DNA of 64,000 nucleotides from Octopus sinensis (GCF_006345805.1 NC_043010.1:6324001-6388000); one strand, 5' to 3'. Positions 11,293-25,952 are shown, counted from the first letter of the stretch. Notes: generated by a model not told the origin, from the letters alone. Numbers and translations are program-made.

Positions 11293-11478
11293 GGGAGAGT
11301 TTATGAAAAAAACAAAAGACGAAGACAGGTGGTGTACAAAACAAACAGATGTATTAGTATAAAGCTCAGGAATAGAAAAAGTCTTTTACGTTTCGAGCCT
11401 ATGCTCTTCTACAGAAAGGGACACAGAAAAAACAAGGAGAGAAAAAATGTGTGCAGTGGCTAACGACCTATGATGGCG
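11293..11478 (-). mobile_element. Short (TA)n-embedded element carrying a minimal hammerhead variant (family H1)
   Basis: Homologous to 20158-20310, 20332-20444, 41914-42028 and 48610-48808. Minus strand 11418-11383 reads CUUU CUGUAGA A GAGC AUAG GCUC GAAA CGU A AAAG. Confidence 0.8.
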
Positions 11479-11513
<35 letters not shown>

Positions 11514-12809
11514 CGCACTGACACACACAAACACACAAACTAATTTTTTCATTATTGGTGGGGTGCATTTTTTGGTGGGATGGGGGATTCAGATTGATAT
11601 GCAGGACAAAAATGGATGTGAAATACTGGATTAAATCAATACTATTATATATCTGAAACTTTTTGTTTTGACTCTCACATTTATTACCAGCAAATTTACA
11701 AAAAATGCAAAATCCCTGTAGACCTAATTAGAAATGATTACATAGAGAAGAAAGTGCAACATCAACTAAATAAGAAAAACTGTTTTAAGCATTCCAGCAA
11801 GCATGGGAGGCAACTCTGTACATATTTCAGGCTTATTAGACTTTCACAGCAAATCATAGATTTTTCTTATACTGAAGTAGTAATGAGAGAGTCATTAAGT
11901 CATTGTACAATATTGTGAGCAAGTGTGAGAAACTAGCATACTAAAAAATAAATGTATCAACCACTGTGGTTATTTACTTAGACATGCCTTCTGCATGAAA
12001 AACAGTATTTAAAAATCATGTTTATACATTTAATGGAGTGAGCAATTTAAGACAACGTGAACTGAATGCCTAATATTATTTTATTTCATTAAAATAATAT
12101 GAAATCTAACATAATGTGGTTGTTTTGTTAGAATGCCAAATATAGCAGTACAAACTATAAGAGGACTTCTCATTTGGAAGTATGGTGCATAAAAGCACGC
12201 ATATTTATATCATTGGCAGGTGAGAATCATCTGCTATGGACGCCAGAACTGCTAGATCACTTGATTTCGACATACTGTGTCACATCAGTGACAGCCATCC
12301 ACCAATCATATATAAGCCAAATCTCACTGTCAGTGATATTTAGGATTTCAGTACCTAATATGGAATAGTAAGCTAATGTCTGAAGAAATGTTTTTCATTA
12401 CATTTATGCTGTTGTTGTTGTTACTGCTGCTGCTAATGATAGTGATGAAAAATATGGAGGGTGGGAGGGAGGGAGGAGAAGAGGATGGGGTGGGGACAGG
12501 AAAGGATGGTGAGGGGGTAACCTACTCTACAGATCAGATATGCTGTTCCTTTCTTACACATTATTCAACCCTCTTTTGTAAAAGCATGAGATCAAGTGCT
12601 CAACCCATTAGACTCACAATTGTTAGTAAGTATAATTCTTGGACTGAGCTCTGTGCTGTGTCCTTGGCAATGCACTATATTTCATATTGCTCTGGGTCCT
12701 ACTCTGAAAGGGAGTTGCAGAGTGGGACCTCACAGACTACAAAACCGAAATCTTGTAAATGCCACATATCAATGGGCCTTGATGGCTATGGTACACTGGA
12801 TTGATGAAT

Positions 12810-13290
12810 TACTCTTTACACATTACCATTCATCGATATGTTCATAATTTACCTCTACATATCATCGTTCTCCCTTTACATATTGGCAATACCCTTTTAA
12901 ACATTATCAGTCCTGTTACACATTATCAGTTCCTCTTTACACATTAGCTATTCCCCTTTACATATTAGCTGTTCCCCTTTACCCTTTAACAATTCCCTTT
13001 TAAACATTATCAGACCCCTGTTTTACATTATCACTTTCTCTTTACACATTAGCTATTCCCCTTTACATATTAGCTGTTCCCCTTTACCCTTTAACGATTC
13101 CCTTTTAAACATTATCAGTCCCCTGTTTTACATTATCACTTTCTCTTTACACATTAGCAATTCCCTTTTACACATTAGCAATTTGCCTTTACACATTAGC
13201 AATACCCCATTACACATTATCAGTCCCCCTTTACACATTATCAGTTCCCCATTGCACATGATCGATTCTCCTTTATAAATTATCAATATT
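12810..13290 (+). repeat. Minisatellite, about 21-bp unit (ttcccctttacacattagcaa-like)
   Basis: Roughly 20 diverged units, with an about 105-bp five-unit block duplicated near 12935-13144. Confidence 0.85.
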
Positions 13291-13486
13291 TTTCATATAT
13301 TTCGCTTCACAATTTGTGAACAATACCATCATTGGTTATAGATCTCCGAAGGGTGTGATTAATGGTGTGAGAATTAAGTTTCACAAATGAGATGACATAA
13401 TGTATAATTACTAAAACCAATATCACACTTACTAATTGGTTATGATGCTATAATGTTGATCAGACAGAAAAGTATTGGCATCACAA

Positions 13487-13800
<314 letters not shown>

Positions 13801-14217
13801 AACTGTATGCAATAGTCTGTGATACTTACTTTGCAATAAAGTGTGTTCATAAATGCCAAAACCATTAGTTGCTTCATAATACTATATTTTTTTTATTATA
13901 GGCACAAGGTTTGAAATTTGTTGGGGAGGGTGCAGTCAATTATATCCCCCTCAGTGCTCAGATGGTGCTTATTTTATCAACCCGAAATGAATGAAAAGCA
14001 AAGTTGACCCGGACAATATTTGAACTTGAAACGTAAAGCTGGAAGCGCTTGTGGTTCTGCCACCTTGCCACATTTAGTTGTTTTATAAGATAACGCATGA
14101 AGTTGATTAGCAATGATATATGAAAGTTAAATGTATTTATTATCAACTCACAATGTCAGTTTTATATAAATGGATCTCTGTAGATTTCGACTGACTGTGT
14201 TCAGTTGTTTAATGAAT

Positions 14218-14388
14218 AGGCGCAGGAGTGGCTGTGTGGTAAGTAGCTTGCTAACCAACCACATGGTTCCGGGTTCAGTCCCACTGCGTGGTATCTTGAG
14301 CAAGTGTCTTCTGCTATAGCCCCGGGCCGACCAATGCCTTGTGAGTGGATTTGGTAGACGGAAACTGAAAGAAGCCTGTCGTATTTAC

Positions 14389-14462
<74 letters not shown>

Positions 14463-14673
14463 TTGTGTGTCTGTGTTTGTCCCTCTAGCATTGCTTGACA
14501 ACCGATGCTGGTGTGTTTACGTCCCCGTCACTCAGCGGTTCGGCAAAAGAGCCTGATAGAATAAGTACTGGGCTTACAAAGAATAAGTCCCGGGGTCGAT
14601 TTGCTCGACTAAAGGCGGTGCTCCAGCATGGCCGCAGTCAAATGACTGAAACAAGTAAAAGAGTAAAAGAGTA
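14218..14673 (+). mobile_element. tRNA-derived SINE (family A), full length
   Basis: Head ggcgcaggagtggctgtgtggtaag, B box gttccgggttcagtccc, internal TA/TG tract, tail gtaaaagagtaaaagag; many copies in the window. Confidence 0.92.
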
Positions 14674-15519
14674 AGTTGATTAGCAATGATATATGAATGT
14701 AAAGTGTATTTATTATCAACTCACTATGTCAGTTTTATGTAAATGGATCTCTGTAGATTTTGACTGACTGTGTTCAGTTGTTTAATGAATTGAACTATGT
14801 ACTTATTGCAATAATGCCTTGAATAGTTGAGCATTCCAATATACATGTGTTCTTAAGCAAGTTCTCAAATAGAACCAGCATGATAGCATGTCTTGTCCTA
14901 AAGCTGCACCTCTGATTTACAAGTGCAATGCATCCAATTTTTCATGTAATAACCATGTAAGTGGCTGAGTACTCCAAGGCCATTTATATCGTTAACAGAA
15001 TTCTGAAGTAGAATCAGAATGACACAGTGTCTCAAGGCCGGGTCTCTTGTACCCTTATAATTCCTAATCTTGGCAGTGTGGTTAAGAAGCTTGCTTTTCA
15101 ACTATGTGCTGTTGTGTTCAATTCAATTGCATCACAACTTGGGCAAATGCTTTTTACCATCGTCCTGCAAAGCCTTGTGAGTTAATTTGGCAGATGGAAA
15201 CTGAAGGAAACTGGTCGATTCCTCACCTTCTTCTGAATCAAATTTCTTCCCATGCCCTACACTTGCCTCTCACCCCCTCTCAGATTCTGCAGACTACCCA
15301 ACAATGTCATCTTATTTTTGAACAAATCTTTTCTTCAGAAACAGAAGAAAGTCCAATAGAAAAGAAATGTGGTTACATTTTGAAAACAAGCCAGGCACAT
15401 ACAGACACAGACACACATGCATACATACATACATACATACATACATACATACATACATACATACATACATACATACATACATACATACTTACATACATAC
15501 ATACATACATACATACCTT

Positions 15520-16058
15520 TCCTTCATTGGACACTAAACTCTGCTTGTGAAGAACTGTTGAGGCAAGTGAAATTGAAATCGAAATGAAATTCGATGACTG
15601 GCATCCATGCTAGTGGAGCGCTAAGAGCACCATCCGAGCGTGATCGTTGCCAGAGCAGCTGACAGGCTTCCATGCCAGAGGCATGTAAAAAGCACCATTC
15701 AAGTGTCATCGTTACCAGCGTCAACTTTCAGGCACTTGTGCCAGTGGCACATGAAAAAATATTTGAGCGAGGTCGTTGCCAGTGCCACTGGACTGGCTCC
15801 TGTGCAGGTGGAACATAAAAACACCGTTTGAGCATGGCCATTGCCAGTAGCACCTGACTGGCCCTTGTGCCGGTGGGACATAAAAGCACCCACTACACTC
15901 TCGGAATGGTTGGCATTAGGAAGGGCATCCAGGTGTAGAAACTCTTCCAGATCAATATTGGAGCCTGGTGCAGCCATGTGGTTCGCCAGTCCTCAGCCAA
16001 ATCGTCCAACCCATGCCAGCATGGAAAGCGGACATTAATCAATGATGATGATGATGAT
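15520..16058 (+). mobile_element. LINE-tail/SINE repeat family, long copy with internal tandem subrepeats
   Basis: Repeated gccagtggcac/atgtaaaaagcacc units followed by the family tail and (GAT)n. Confidence 0.85.
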
Positions 16059-16060
16059 AT

Positions 16061-16294
16061 AAGGCGGCGAGCTGGCAGAAATGTTAGCACGCCGGGCGAA
16101 ATACGTAGCTGTATTTCGTCTGCCGTTATGTTCTGAGTTCAAATTCTGCCGAGGTCGACTTTGCCTTTCATCCTTTCGGGGTCGATAAATTAAGTACCAG
16201 TTATGCACTGGGGTCGATGTAATCAACTTAATCCGTGTGTCTGTCCTTGTTTGTCCCCCTCTGTGTTTAGCCCCTTGTAGATAATAAAGACATA
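16061..16294 (+). mobile_element. SINE (family D)
   Basis: ggcggcgagctggcagaa...gttctgagttcaaatt...ctttgcctttcatcctttcggggtcgataaattaagtaccag; copies at 37191-37607, 43284-43539, 56940-57165, 57505-57720 and diverged ones elsewhere. Confidence 0.88.
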
Positions 16295-16311
16295 GATGAT
16301 GATGATGATGA

Positions 16312-16362
<51 letters not shown>

Positions 16363-17012
16363 TACATACATACATATATATATATGTGTATGTATGCATT
16401 TGTGTTTGTGTCTGTATGTGTTTGGGTTGTTTATACATCATGTGATGGTTGTAAATGAGCATCATTGACTTACAAGTAAGTCTGTTCATTTCCAGTCTTC
16501 CCTGAAAATCAAGTCTGAGTACGTGAAAATATTACCTCACTGGCAAACAAGCAAGGGTTAGTGGCAAGAAAGACATCTGGCCATAGAAACTCTCTGCCTC
16601 AACAAATTCCGTCTGGCCCAAACAGCCATAGAAAAGCTGGCATTAAATGATGATGACGATGATGACGGTGGTGGTGGTAATGATGATGATGATGATGATG
16701 ATGATGACGTAAGTAACTGAGTTGAATACACTACAGACTCGTGTACTCTAAATGGAGTTTTGAAATCAAGTACAGTGTGACACAATGCATAACAAAGCTT
16801 GACCTTTGAATTACAAGTATGATCCAGTCAACAGAGTTCTACAAGGTTTCTAACAATCCAATTCCATTCACACATATTTGGTCAGCCTAAGGCTATGGTA
16901 AATGACACAGACACTTGTCAAAGATACCTCACAGTGGGATTGAACCTGAGAACTTAGGATTGAAAAGCAAACATTTTAATGATTCAGCGATTCTTCAAAG
17001 TATATAGGATGT

Positions 17013-17307
17013 TCCTTCTCAAGCCATACCTGGCTCAATGGGCCGGTTTCCCAGTTTCTTTGGTGTATAGGTTCCCCACCTGGATGGGACGCCAGTCCGT
17101 CGCAGGTGAGCTGCAAGATGCAGGAGGAAAGAGCGAGAGAAAGTTGTGGTGAAAGAGTCAGCAGAAGTTCGCCATTACCTTCTGCCAGAGCCGCGTGGAG
17201 CTTAGGTGTTTTGCTCATAAACACACACATTGCCCGGTCTGAGATTTGAACCCGCGATCCCTCGACTGTGAGTCAGCTGCTCTAACCACAAGACCATGTG
17301 CCTCCAC
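17013..17307 (-). mobile_element. tRNA-derived SINE (family B variant)
   Basis: tRNA-like head on the minus strand; shares agcgagagaaagttgtggtgaaagag with 1483-1865. Confidence 0.8.
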
Positions 17308-17719
17308 TATATAGGATGTAGTATACATGGTGTTGAGAACACAGTAAATTGCAATATGACTGGCTGCACAGCTAGTCTTAGAGAGAAGTTTTATGATATA
17401 TGATAATTTCTGTGGAATTGATTGTGCATTGCAAGCTGAAGAAAGGTAACTCCGCAGTAACTTAATCTACAGTTGTCTGTGTGTCAATAAAGGCAATCTG
17501 TGTTGGACTTGAATAACAAATACTGCTCAATCATGGATCACTGCATTTCTGATAGTGACAGTGATGAGGGAGTACATGAAATTCGATACAGAATAAATAT
17601 AACAAGGAACTTCATTTCTAATGCATCAATTTTCTATTTACTTTCTTTTTCACTGATATTAGTATTCTCTGTTAATATGGTATGGTAAATGATATAAACA
17701 GCCCACCCCACCCCACCAC

Positions 17720-17976
17720 ACATATGTATGTATATGTATAAATGTAAGTATATGTGTGTATGTATGTATATATATATAAATATATATATATATGTGTGTG
17801 TTTATACATACATACATACATACATGCATACATACATACATACATACACACACACACATATACATACATGCATGCATACATACATACATACATACACACA
17901 CACATACATACATGCATGCATACATACATACATACATACATGCATGCATGCATGCATACATACATACATACATACA

Positions 17977-18036
<60 letters not shown>
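17720..18036. repeat. (TACA)n/(TA)n compound microsatellite
   Basis: Directly visible. Confidence 0.95.
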
Positions 18037-18037
<1 letters not shown>

Positions 18038-18164
18038 GAACCGGAGTAAACACATAAATGTGAAACAAGGTAGAAAAAGAGTACTCAAATACCAGTGGTA
18101 GAGTAATATGCTTTATTTTAAGCAGCAGAAAATTTTGTTGAATTTTCTGCTGCTTAAAATAAAG
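18037..18164 (+). mobile_element. Short (TA)n-embedded element (family H2) with the ribozyme core absent
   Basis: Homologous to 41702-41882 in the opposite orientation; perfect 24-bp inverted repeat 18111-18134/18141-18164. Confidence 0.85.
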
Positions 18165-18196
<32 letters not shown>

Positions 18197-18215
18197 ATAT
18201 ATATACAACCATATA

Positions 18216-18330
18216 CAGGGGTTAGACAAAATAATGGAAACACCTAGCATCATACCACTGAGATTATAAACTCACATTTATACCAGTAATAATTGGTGCA
18301 CTTGGTCTTGTGAGTAAATGCCTATGTGAC
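18216..18330. mobile_element. Tc1-like transposon terminus
   Basis: TA followed by caggggttagacaaaataatggaaacacct, a Tc1-type TIR; no partner end found. Confidence 0.5.
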
Positions 18331-18759
18331 AATCTGAATAAGCTAGGCTTTGCAGAAAAAGAAATCAATCAACTAACTCACACATTACAAATACAATCTG
18401 TCGGTGGTTCAGTAAAAATAGGCAGGACTTTTGTCAAGTTTAAAATGTGACATTATTTTTGTTATCTTCATTCCAGCAACGGAACTTTGTATCTTTATTA
18501 GGAATCATCTCCTTCGTCAGAGGAAGAAGTCAAATAATTAATAACAAAAGAGAACTTACTATCACTAAATCTTCCCTCTACTAAATTCACTAACAAGGCA
18601 TTGGTCAGTTCCAGGGCTATAGAGTAGGAGAAGACATTTGCCCAAGCTGCCATGTGATGGAACTGAACCCCAAACCACCATTTTACTTCTGCCATAAAAT
18701 CCAAATAATTCCTCCCTTCAGCTTATAGCACACCAACATACTTTACTCATTTGCTTTTC

Positions 18760-19164
18760 TTTCTCTTTTACTCTTTTACTGCGGCCATGCTGGAGCACCG
18801 CCTTTAGTCGAGCAAATCGACCCTGGGACTTATTCTTTGTAAGCCCAGTACTTATTCTATCGGTCTCTTTTGCCGAACCGCTAAGTAACGGGGACGTAAA
18901 CACACCAGCATCGGTTGTCAAGCAATGCCAGGGGGACAAACACAGACACACAAACATATACACACACACTTATATATATATATATATATATACATATATA
19001 CGACACGCTTCTTTCAGTTTCCGTCTACCAAATCCACTCACAAGGCATTGGTCGGCCCGGGGCTATAGCAGAAGACACTTATCCAAGGTGCCACGCAGTG
19101 GGACTGAACCCGGAACCATGTGGTTGGTTAGCAAGCTACTTACTACACAGCCACTCCTGCGCCT
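18760..19164 (-). mobile_element. tRNA-derived SINE (family A), full length
   Basis: Reverse complement of 14218-14673. Confidence 0.92.
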
Positions 19165-19329
19165 ATCTCTGTTGAACTTCAGTCTAGTAGAAGTAGCAGC
19201 TAAATATTCCCTCAAATCATTCTTTTGCATCTTTTAGTCAAGAAGAAGTCATATTCAGTAATGTAATCCTACATATATTTAAATGGTAGGATAAAAAGAG
19301 GTGAAGTTACCCTCTTGTGTCATACTGAG

Positions 19330-19551
19330 TCTTAAGAGCTGGTTTCCTGGCTTCATGGCATATATACTCCCCACCTGGATGGGACGCCAGTCCATCACAG
19401 GATAACTCATTTTTGCTAATAGAGTGGAGTGGAGTAAAATGAAGTGAAGTGTCTTGCTCAAGAACACAACGCGTCACTCACTCCACTAATCAAAACCACA
19501 ATCTTATGATCATGAGTCCAACACCCTAATCACTGAGCCATGTGCCTCCAC
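19330..19551 (-). mobile_element. tRNA-derived SINE (family B variant)
   Basis: Minus-strand head gtggaggcacatggctcagtg; matches 50748-50990. Confidence 0.75.
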
Positions 19552-19934
19552 TAAAATGGTGAAGGGTCCACAATTGCTGTGCCTTCCGATCAAAGGTCTA
19601 CTCAATCAGAGTTGACCTAGGGTTAAACAACAACAGCAATGCTAATTTTTTTTTGCTTTCTGTTATGTTTTGCCATCAACTTTTCTCTCTTTAGTATATT
19701 CTTTCTCTCTCTTTCCTTGTTTCACTCTCCCTCTGTCTCTCTCTCTTTCACACACACACACACACACACACACTCTCTTTCTCTTTCACATTCTTTGTTT
19801 CTATCTCTTTCGTACATTCTGTCTCCTGCTCACCCATGAAAACATACTTTCTCTTTCTGTCTCTCTGCCTGTTTGCCTGTTAGGCTGTTTGTCAGTCTGT
19901 CTGTTTCTCTTTCCCTCTCTCTCACTCTTTTTAT

Positions 19935-20130
19935 TCTTTTATTCTTTTACTTGTTTCAGTCATTTGACAGCGGCCATGCTGGAGCATCACCTTTAGTCAA
20001 GAAAATCGACACCAGGACTTATTCTTTGTAAGCCTAGTACTTATTTTATCACTGAACTGCTAAGTTACAGGGATGTGAATACACCAGCATCAGTTGTCAA
20101 GCAATGTTGGAGGGCCAAACACACAAACAT
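19935..20130 (-). mobile_element. SINE family A, 3' half
   Basis: ggccatgctggagcatcacctttagtc...ggacttattctttgtaagcc. Confidence 0.85.
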
Positions 20131-20157
20131 ATATATATGTATATATATATATATATT

Positions 20158-20444
20158 TTTTTCTCTCCTTGCTTTTTCTGCATCCCTTTCTGTAAAAGAG
20201 CGTAGGCTCAAAACATAAAAGACTTTTTCTATTCCTGAGCGTTATAATAATACATCTGTTTGTTTTGTGCACCACCTTTCTTCGTCTTTTGTTTTTTCAT
20301 AAACTCTCCATATATATATATATATATATATGTAACAGAAACGTAAAAGACTTGTTTTATTTATATTCCCGAGTGCCATACTAATACAATTGTTTGTTTG
20401 TACTCCACCTGCCTTTGTCTTTTGTTTTTTCCGTAAACTCTCCC
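20158..20444 (+). mobile_element. Two family H1 copies separated by (TA)n
   Basis: 20158-20310 has a degenerate core (CUUU CUGUAAA A GAGC GUAG GCUC AAAA CAU A AAAG); 20332-20444 retains GAAACGUAAAAG only. Confidence 0.8.
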
Positions 20445-21501
20445 TATATATATATATATATATATATATATCTTAGTATATTATATACACACAAACATAC
20501 AAAACATACATATACATAAACACACACTAATGTGTATACGTATATGTATATATATTACTTGTGCCAAAGACAAGGCTACTCTATGGTCATTAGCTTTGCT
20601 AGAAACAGCGGCCAAATCTCTCACAAATACAGTCTTTAAAAAAAAGGAAGGAGACATGTTTATCCAAGATAATGTATTCCTGTATATATTATACTTTAAA
20701 CAAAGAAGTGAATGGTCATAGCTAGAACGCTTTTGATCATGGGTCTGCTCATTCAGGGGTGACATGGGACGGAATAGCAACAAGGAATGTATTAATTAAT
20801 CTTTTCTCCTCTCAAAGCTAATTCACTCTGGGAGTTTCTCTCTTCTCATCACAACATCGTTTCCCATGCCTCGCCCTTTGACTGCCAAACCCCTCCAGAT
20901 TTCGCAATGAATATTAACAGAATTAACCTCACTCAGCTGTCCCTTTTATCCCAATCAAAAGGGGGCTAGGGAAAAGCACTGAGTTTTGTTGTCCATCCTC
21001 TTCAGACCTAATGATTAAAAAAAAAAAAAAAAGGAAAGCAACCCTGAGTCTAAATATATATATATATAACAAAATCAAAGAAAAAAATAAATAAACATCT
21101 AGCAGTGACCAGTGACCTCGTGAAAGGCTAACATTCACAGAAATCAAATTGGACTCTAATTGCATTGACCACAGCGAAATTCCTCACAGAATTATCAATT
21201 GCTATATTGGTATTTTTATTTCTGTCTTCTTGTCAATTCTAAATACTAAATAGCTTGGCTGTAATCTCTCTCATCTACCACCAAGTCCACTTTTGATCAG
21301 TCTCAGAGAGAGAGAGAGAGAGCAAGAGAGAGAGAGAGAGAGAGGAGAAAAAGAGAGGTCAAGCCAGCTAGCCAACCGACTTTGACATAGCACCACAATA
21401 TATATTTGCCTAATCTTATGAAGTTAAGCTTACTCACGTAGTGATTTCCATTGATACCCTTAAAACATTCAAGTGTTATATCGCCAACAATTAGTTTATT
21501 T

Positions 21502-21537
<36 letters not shown>

Positions 21538-21665
21538 TATTATTATTATTAAGCTATCATGTCAAGTATACAATCTATTGATTATATAGTATGAAACCAG
21601 AAGATCTTTTCAAAACCAAATTGAAAGTGTAAAAACAGAGAAACTTGCCACACACACACATACAC

Positions 21666-21704
<39 letters not shown>

Positions 21705-22199
21705 AGGTTTTGTGATTAATTTTACCACTGAAAAGAGAGAACCTTCTTTTCAAAATGTCTCTGAAAAGCAGAGTAACGGAGGACAGGACGACGGTAGCGA
21801 TGAGGGTGGGTGGGGGCGAAGGCGGGAAGGGTGGAATGCTCACTAGCAATTGAAAGCCGAAGAAAATAAGCTAATTCTGCAGAATAACTCATTAATTCGT
21901 TTCCTCCTTGTGTATTTTACCAAACTTCGTTTCCTGTATCTCTCTTTCACCATTCACCAGACTTTTCATTTGGTCATTTACATTCCTTCTCAGGTTCTCC
22001 TTGCTTTTGCATTTTGCCTTCTTTTACATGGTTTTCCTACACCCAGCCATGCCCCGTTGCATCTATAACATGTCCCTTGTTTTCTCTTCCTCCACTTTTC
22101 TAATACTTTCTCTCTCTGTGTGTCTCTCTCTTTTTCTCTTCTTTTTTTTCTCAATCTCTCTTTCAAACTTTCTCTGTTTGTCTGTCTGTCAGTCCTCTC

Positions 22200-24050
<1,851 letters not shown>

Positions 24051-24142
24051 CTACTTTATTGTTGTTCAACTCTTTCTAATTCAATTTTCTCACTCTACCG
24101 TTCTCAGTTCATCTCTCTCTTTTACCTATTCTTCAATTTTTC

Positions 24143-24173
<31 letters not shown>

Positions 24174-25534
24174 CTTCTTTCTCTCGCTCTCTCCCCTCCC
24201 CTCTCTCTCTCTCTCTTTCTCTGTCATTGTCTATCTTTCTCACCTTCCTAACTTCACTCCTCCAAACTTCCTCTTCTAATCACTTATTCAAAAAGTCCTC
24301 ACTCCTTTTCATTCACCTTCTTCATTTCCCCTTGTTTCTATTCTATTCTATTCTTTAACATTACTTCCTTCATTCTTCTTTCTTTAGATCTCATTCTTTT
24401 ATTCAAATCTCCCCAACCATTCTTTTTTTCACTGTCTCCATCTGTTTGTAAACTCTCCCCACCTCCTTTTCAATCTCCTTCCCTCCACTCTCCTTCTCTC
24501 CACTCTCCTTCTCTCCATCTTCTTCCACTCTTTCTGTTTCTTTTATCTCTACAAGTTAACTCAAGCTTTTTTTCCTTCTTTATCTTTATCTACTAATCTA
24601 TCTTGTTTCCCCTTTCTTTCTTCAGTGTAAATACACAGTTTGAATCTCTGAAGAAATGATTTCTTGAATCATAACGCTCCAGTGGCTATCGCGTCTGCCA
24701 CCATTGTAACAACTTGCTGTGCCAATTCATTAAGGTATTGGAAGTTTACTTCATTTTATGCTGTAATGAGCATTTGTAATTAAGAAAGTAATTGCTTCTG
24801 CTGGTTTTGTCAGCCACGAGTCGGATTTATCTTGTCTTTACATCGCAGCAAGAAGCCTCTATTTATCTTACCGCAACTCGATTTGGTATTAGAACAAAAT
24901 AGTCAGATAAATGAATAGATAGATAAATAAATAAATAAATGAATAAATACATAAATAAAAAGTATTTTTTTTTTTACAAAAACAAAAGAACAAAAAGACA
25001 TAAACACTCTTTGTAGTATTTGTTGTGAAGAGAAATCAGAGTAAAAGAAAGTTAAGTCAATAATAAAATTTAAATAAGAAAAGCGCAATAATGAAACAGT
25101 GATTTCTAGATAAGTGAATAATAATTTATTTTATGGTTCAAATTGTTACAGATGGTAGGGAACAAAATAACAGTGAATAGAGAGAAGCAGTAAAGAAGAA
25201 AAAAACCCACAATGAGTATCTGGTAGAACAAGATGGCAGCTATAAGATTTTTCCAATATTAAATGGAAATTTCCAAAGAATGTGTTTGAAAGTAGAAGCA
25301 TTTGTTTACTTAATTTGAAACCCTAATTTAATCTAGAGTTTGAAACAGAAGTAGCAGCTACACCAAAGTTGCAAAAGTTTCTGCCCCCCAGAAAATATCT
25401 GCCAAAGATGGGTGAAAGGGGTAAAACTGGGGCTGTGAAATGGGCCTGCACAAACTATGCAGCTATTGACTAGCGGCAAAAACAGAGAAAAGGCATTTGC
25501 CTTTGGTTTGGTATGTCTAAGTAATCTGGGGTTG

Positions 25535-25569
<35 letters not shown>

Positions 25570-25952
25570 CTCAATTCCCAATGTATGAGAGCCTTCTTTT
25601 CACCCTTACCATCATTTTAGAGATCCTTTTTCATTTATTTTTAAGATTTTTCTGTTAATTCTATTTATTACCATCTGCTTATTAAAATGCTGATCTGGTA
25701 GAATCATGAGACCACTGGAAACAACGTCTTGTACTATTTGTTCCAGATCTTTACATTCTGAGTTCAAATCCTGCTTAACTCAACTTCACTTTCCATTCTT
25801 TTGGAGATCAAGAAAATAAATTACTAATCGATAGTATTAAATAAATCTGTCCCCTCAATCGATAGTATCAACTATGCCAATCCCCTCAAAAATTACAGGC
25901 TCATGTGTCAAAATTACAAGCAATTATCTATTATTTATTTGTCTTGGATGGG

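Noticed and set aside
12378-12405. CTGAAGA followed by a hairpin (also 24649-24675, 60902-60940, and minus strand near 18500-18520)
   Set aside because: No GAAA after the stem and no stem I or III partners, so not hammerheads.
12376-12804. 142-aa ORF
   Set aside because: The first third is low-complexity (CTG/GGA repeats) and the rest has no recognisable domain or splice support.
17555-17632. Signal-peptide-like minus-strand ORF MKFLVIFILYRISCTPSSLSLSEMQ
   Set aside because: Only 25 codons with no convincing donor site or downstream exon.
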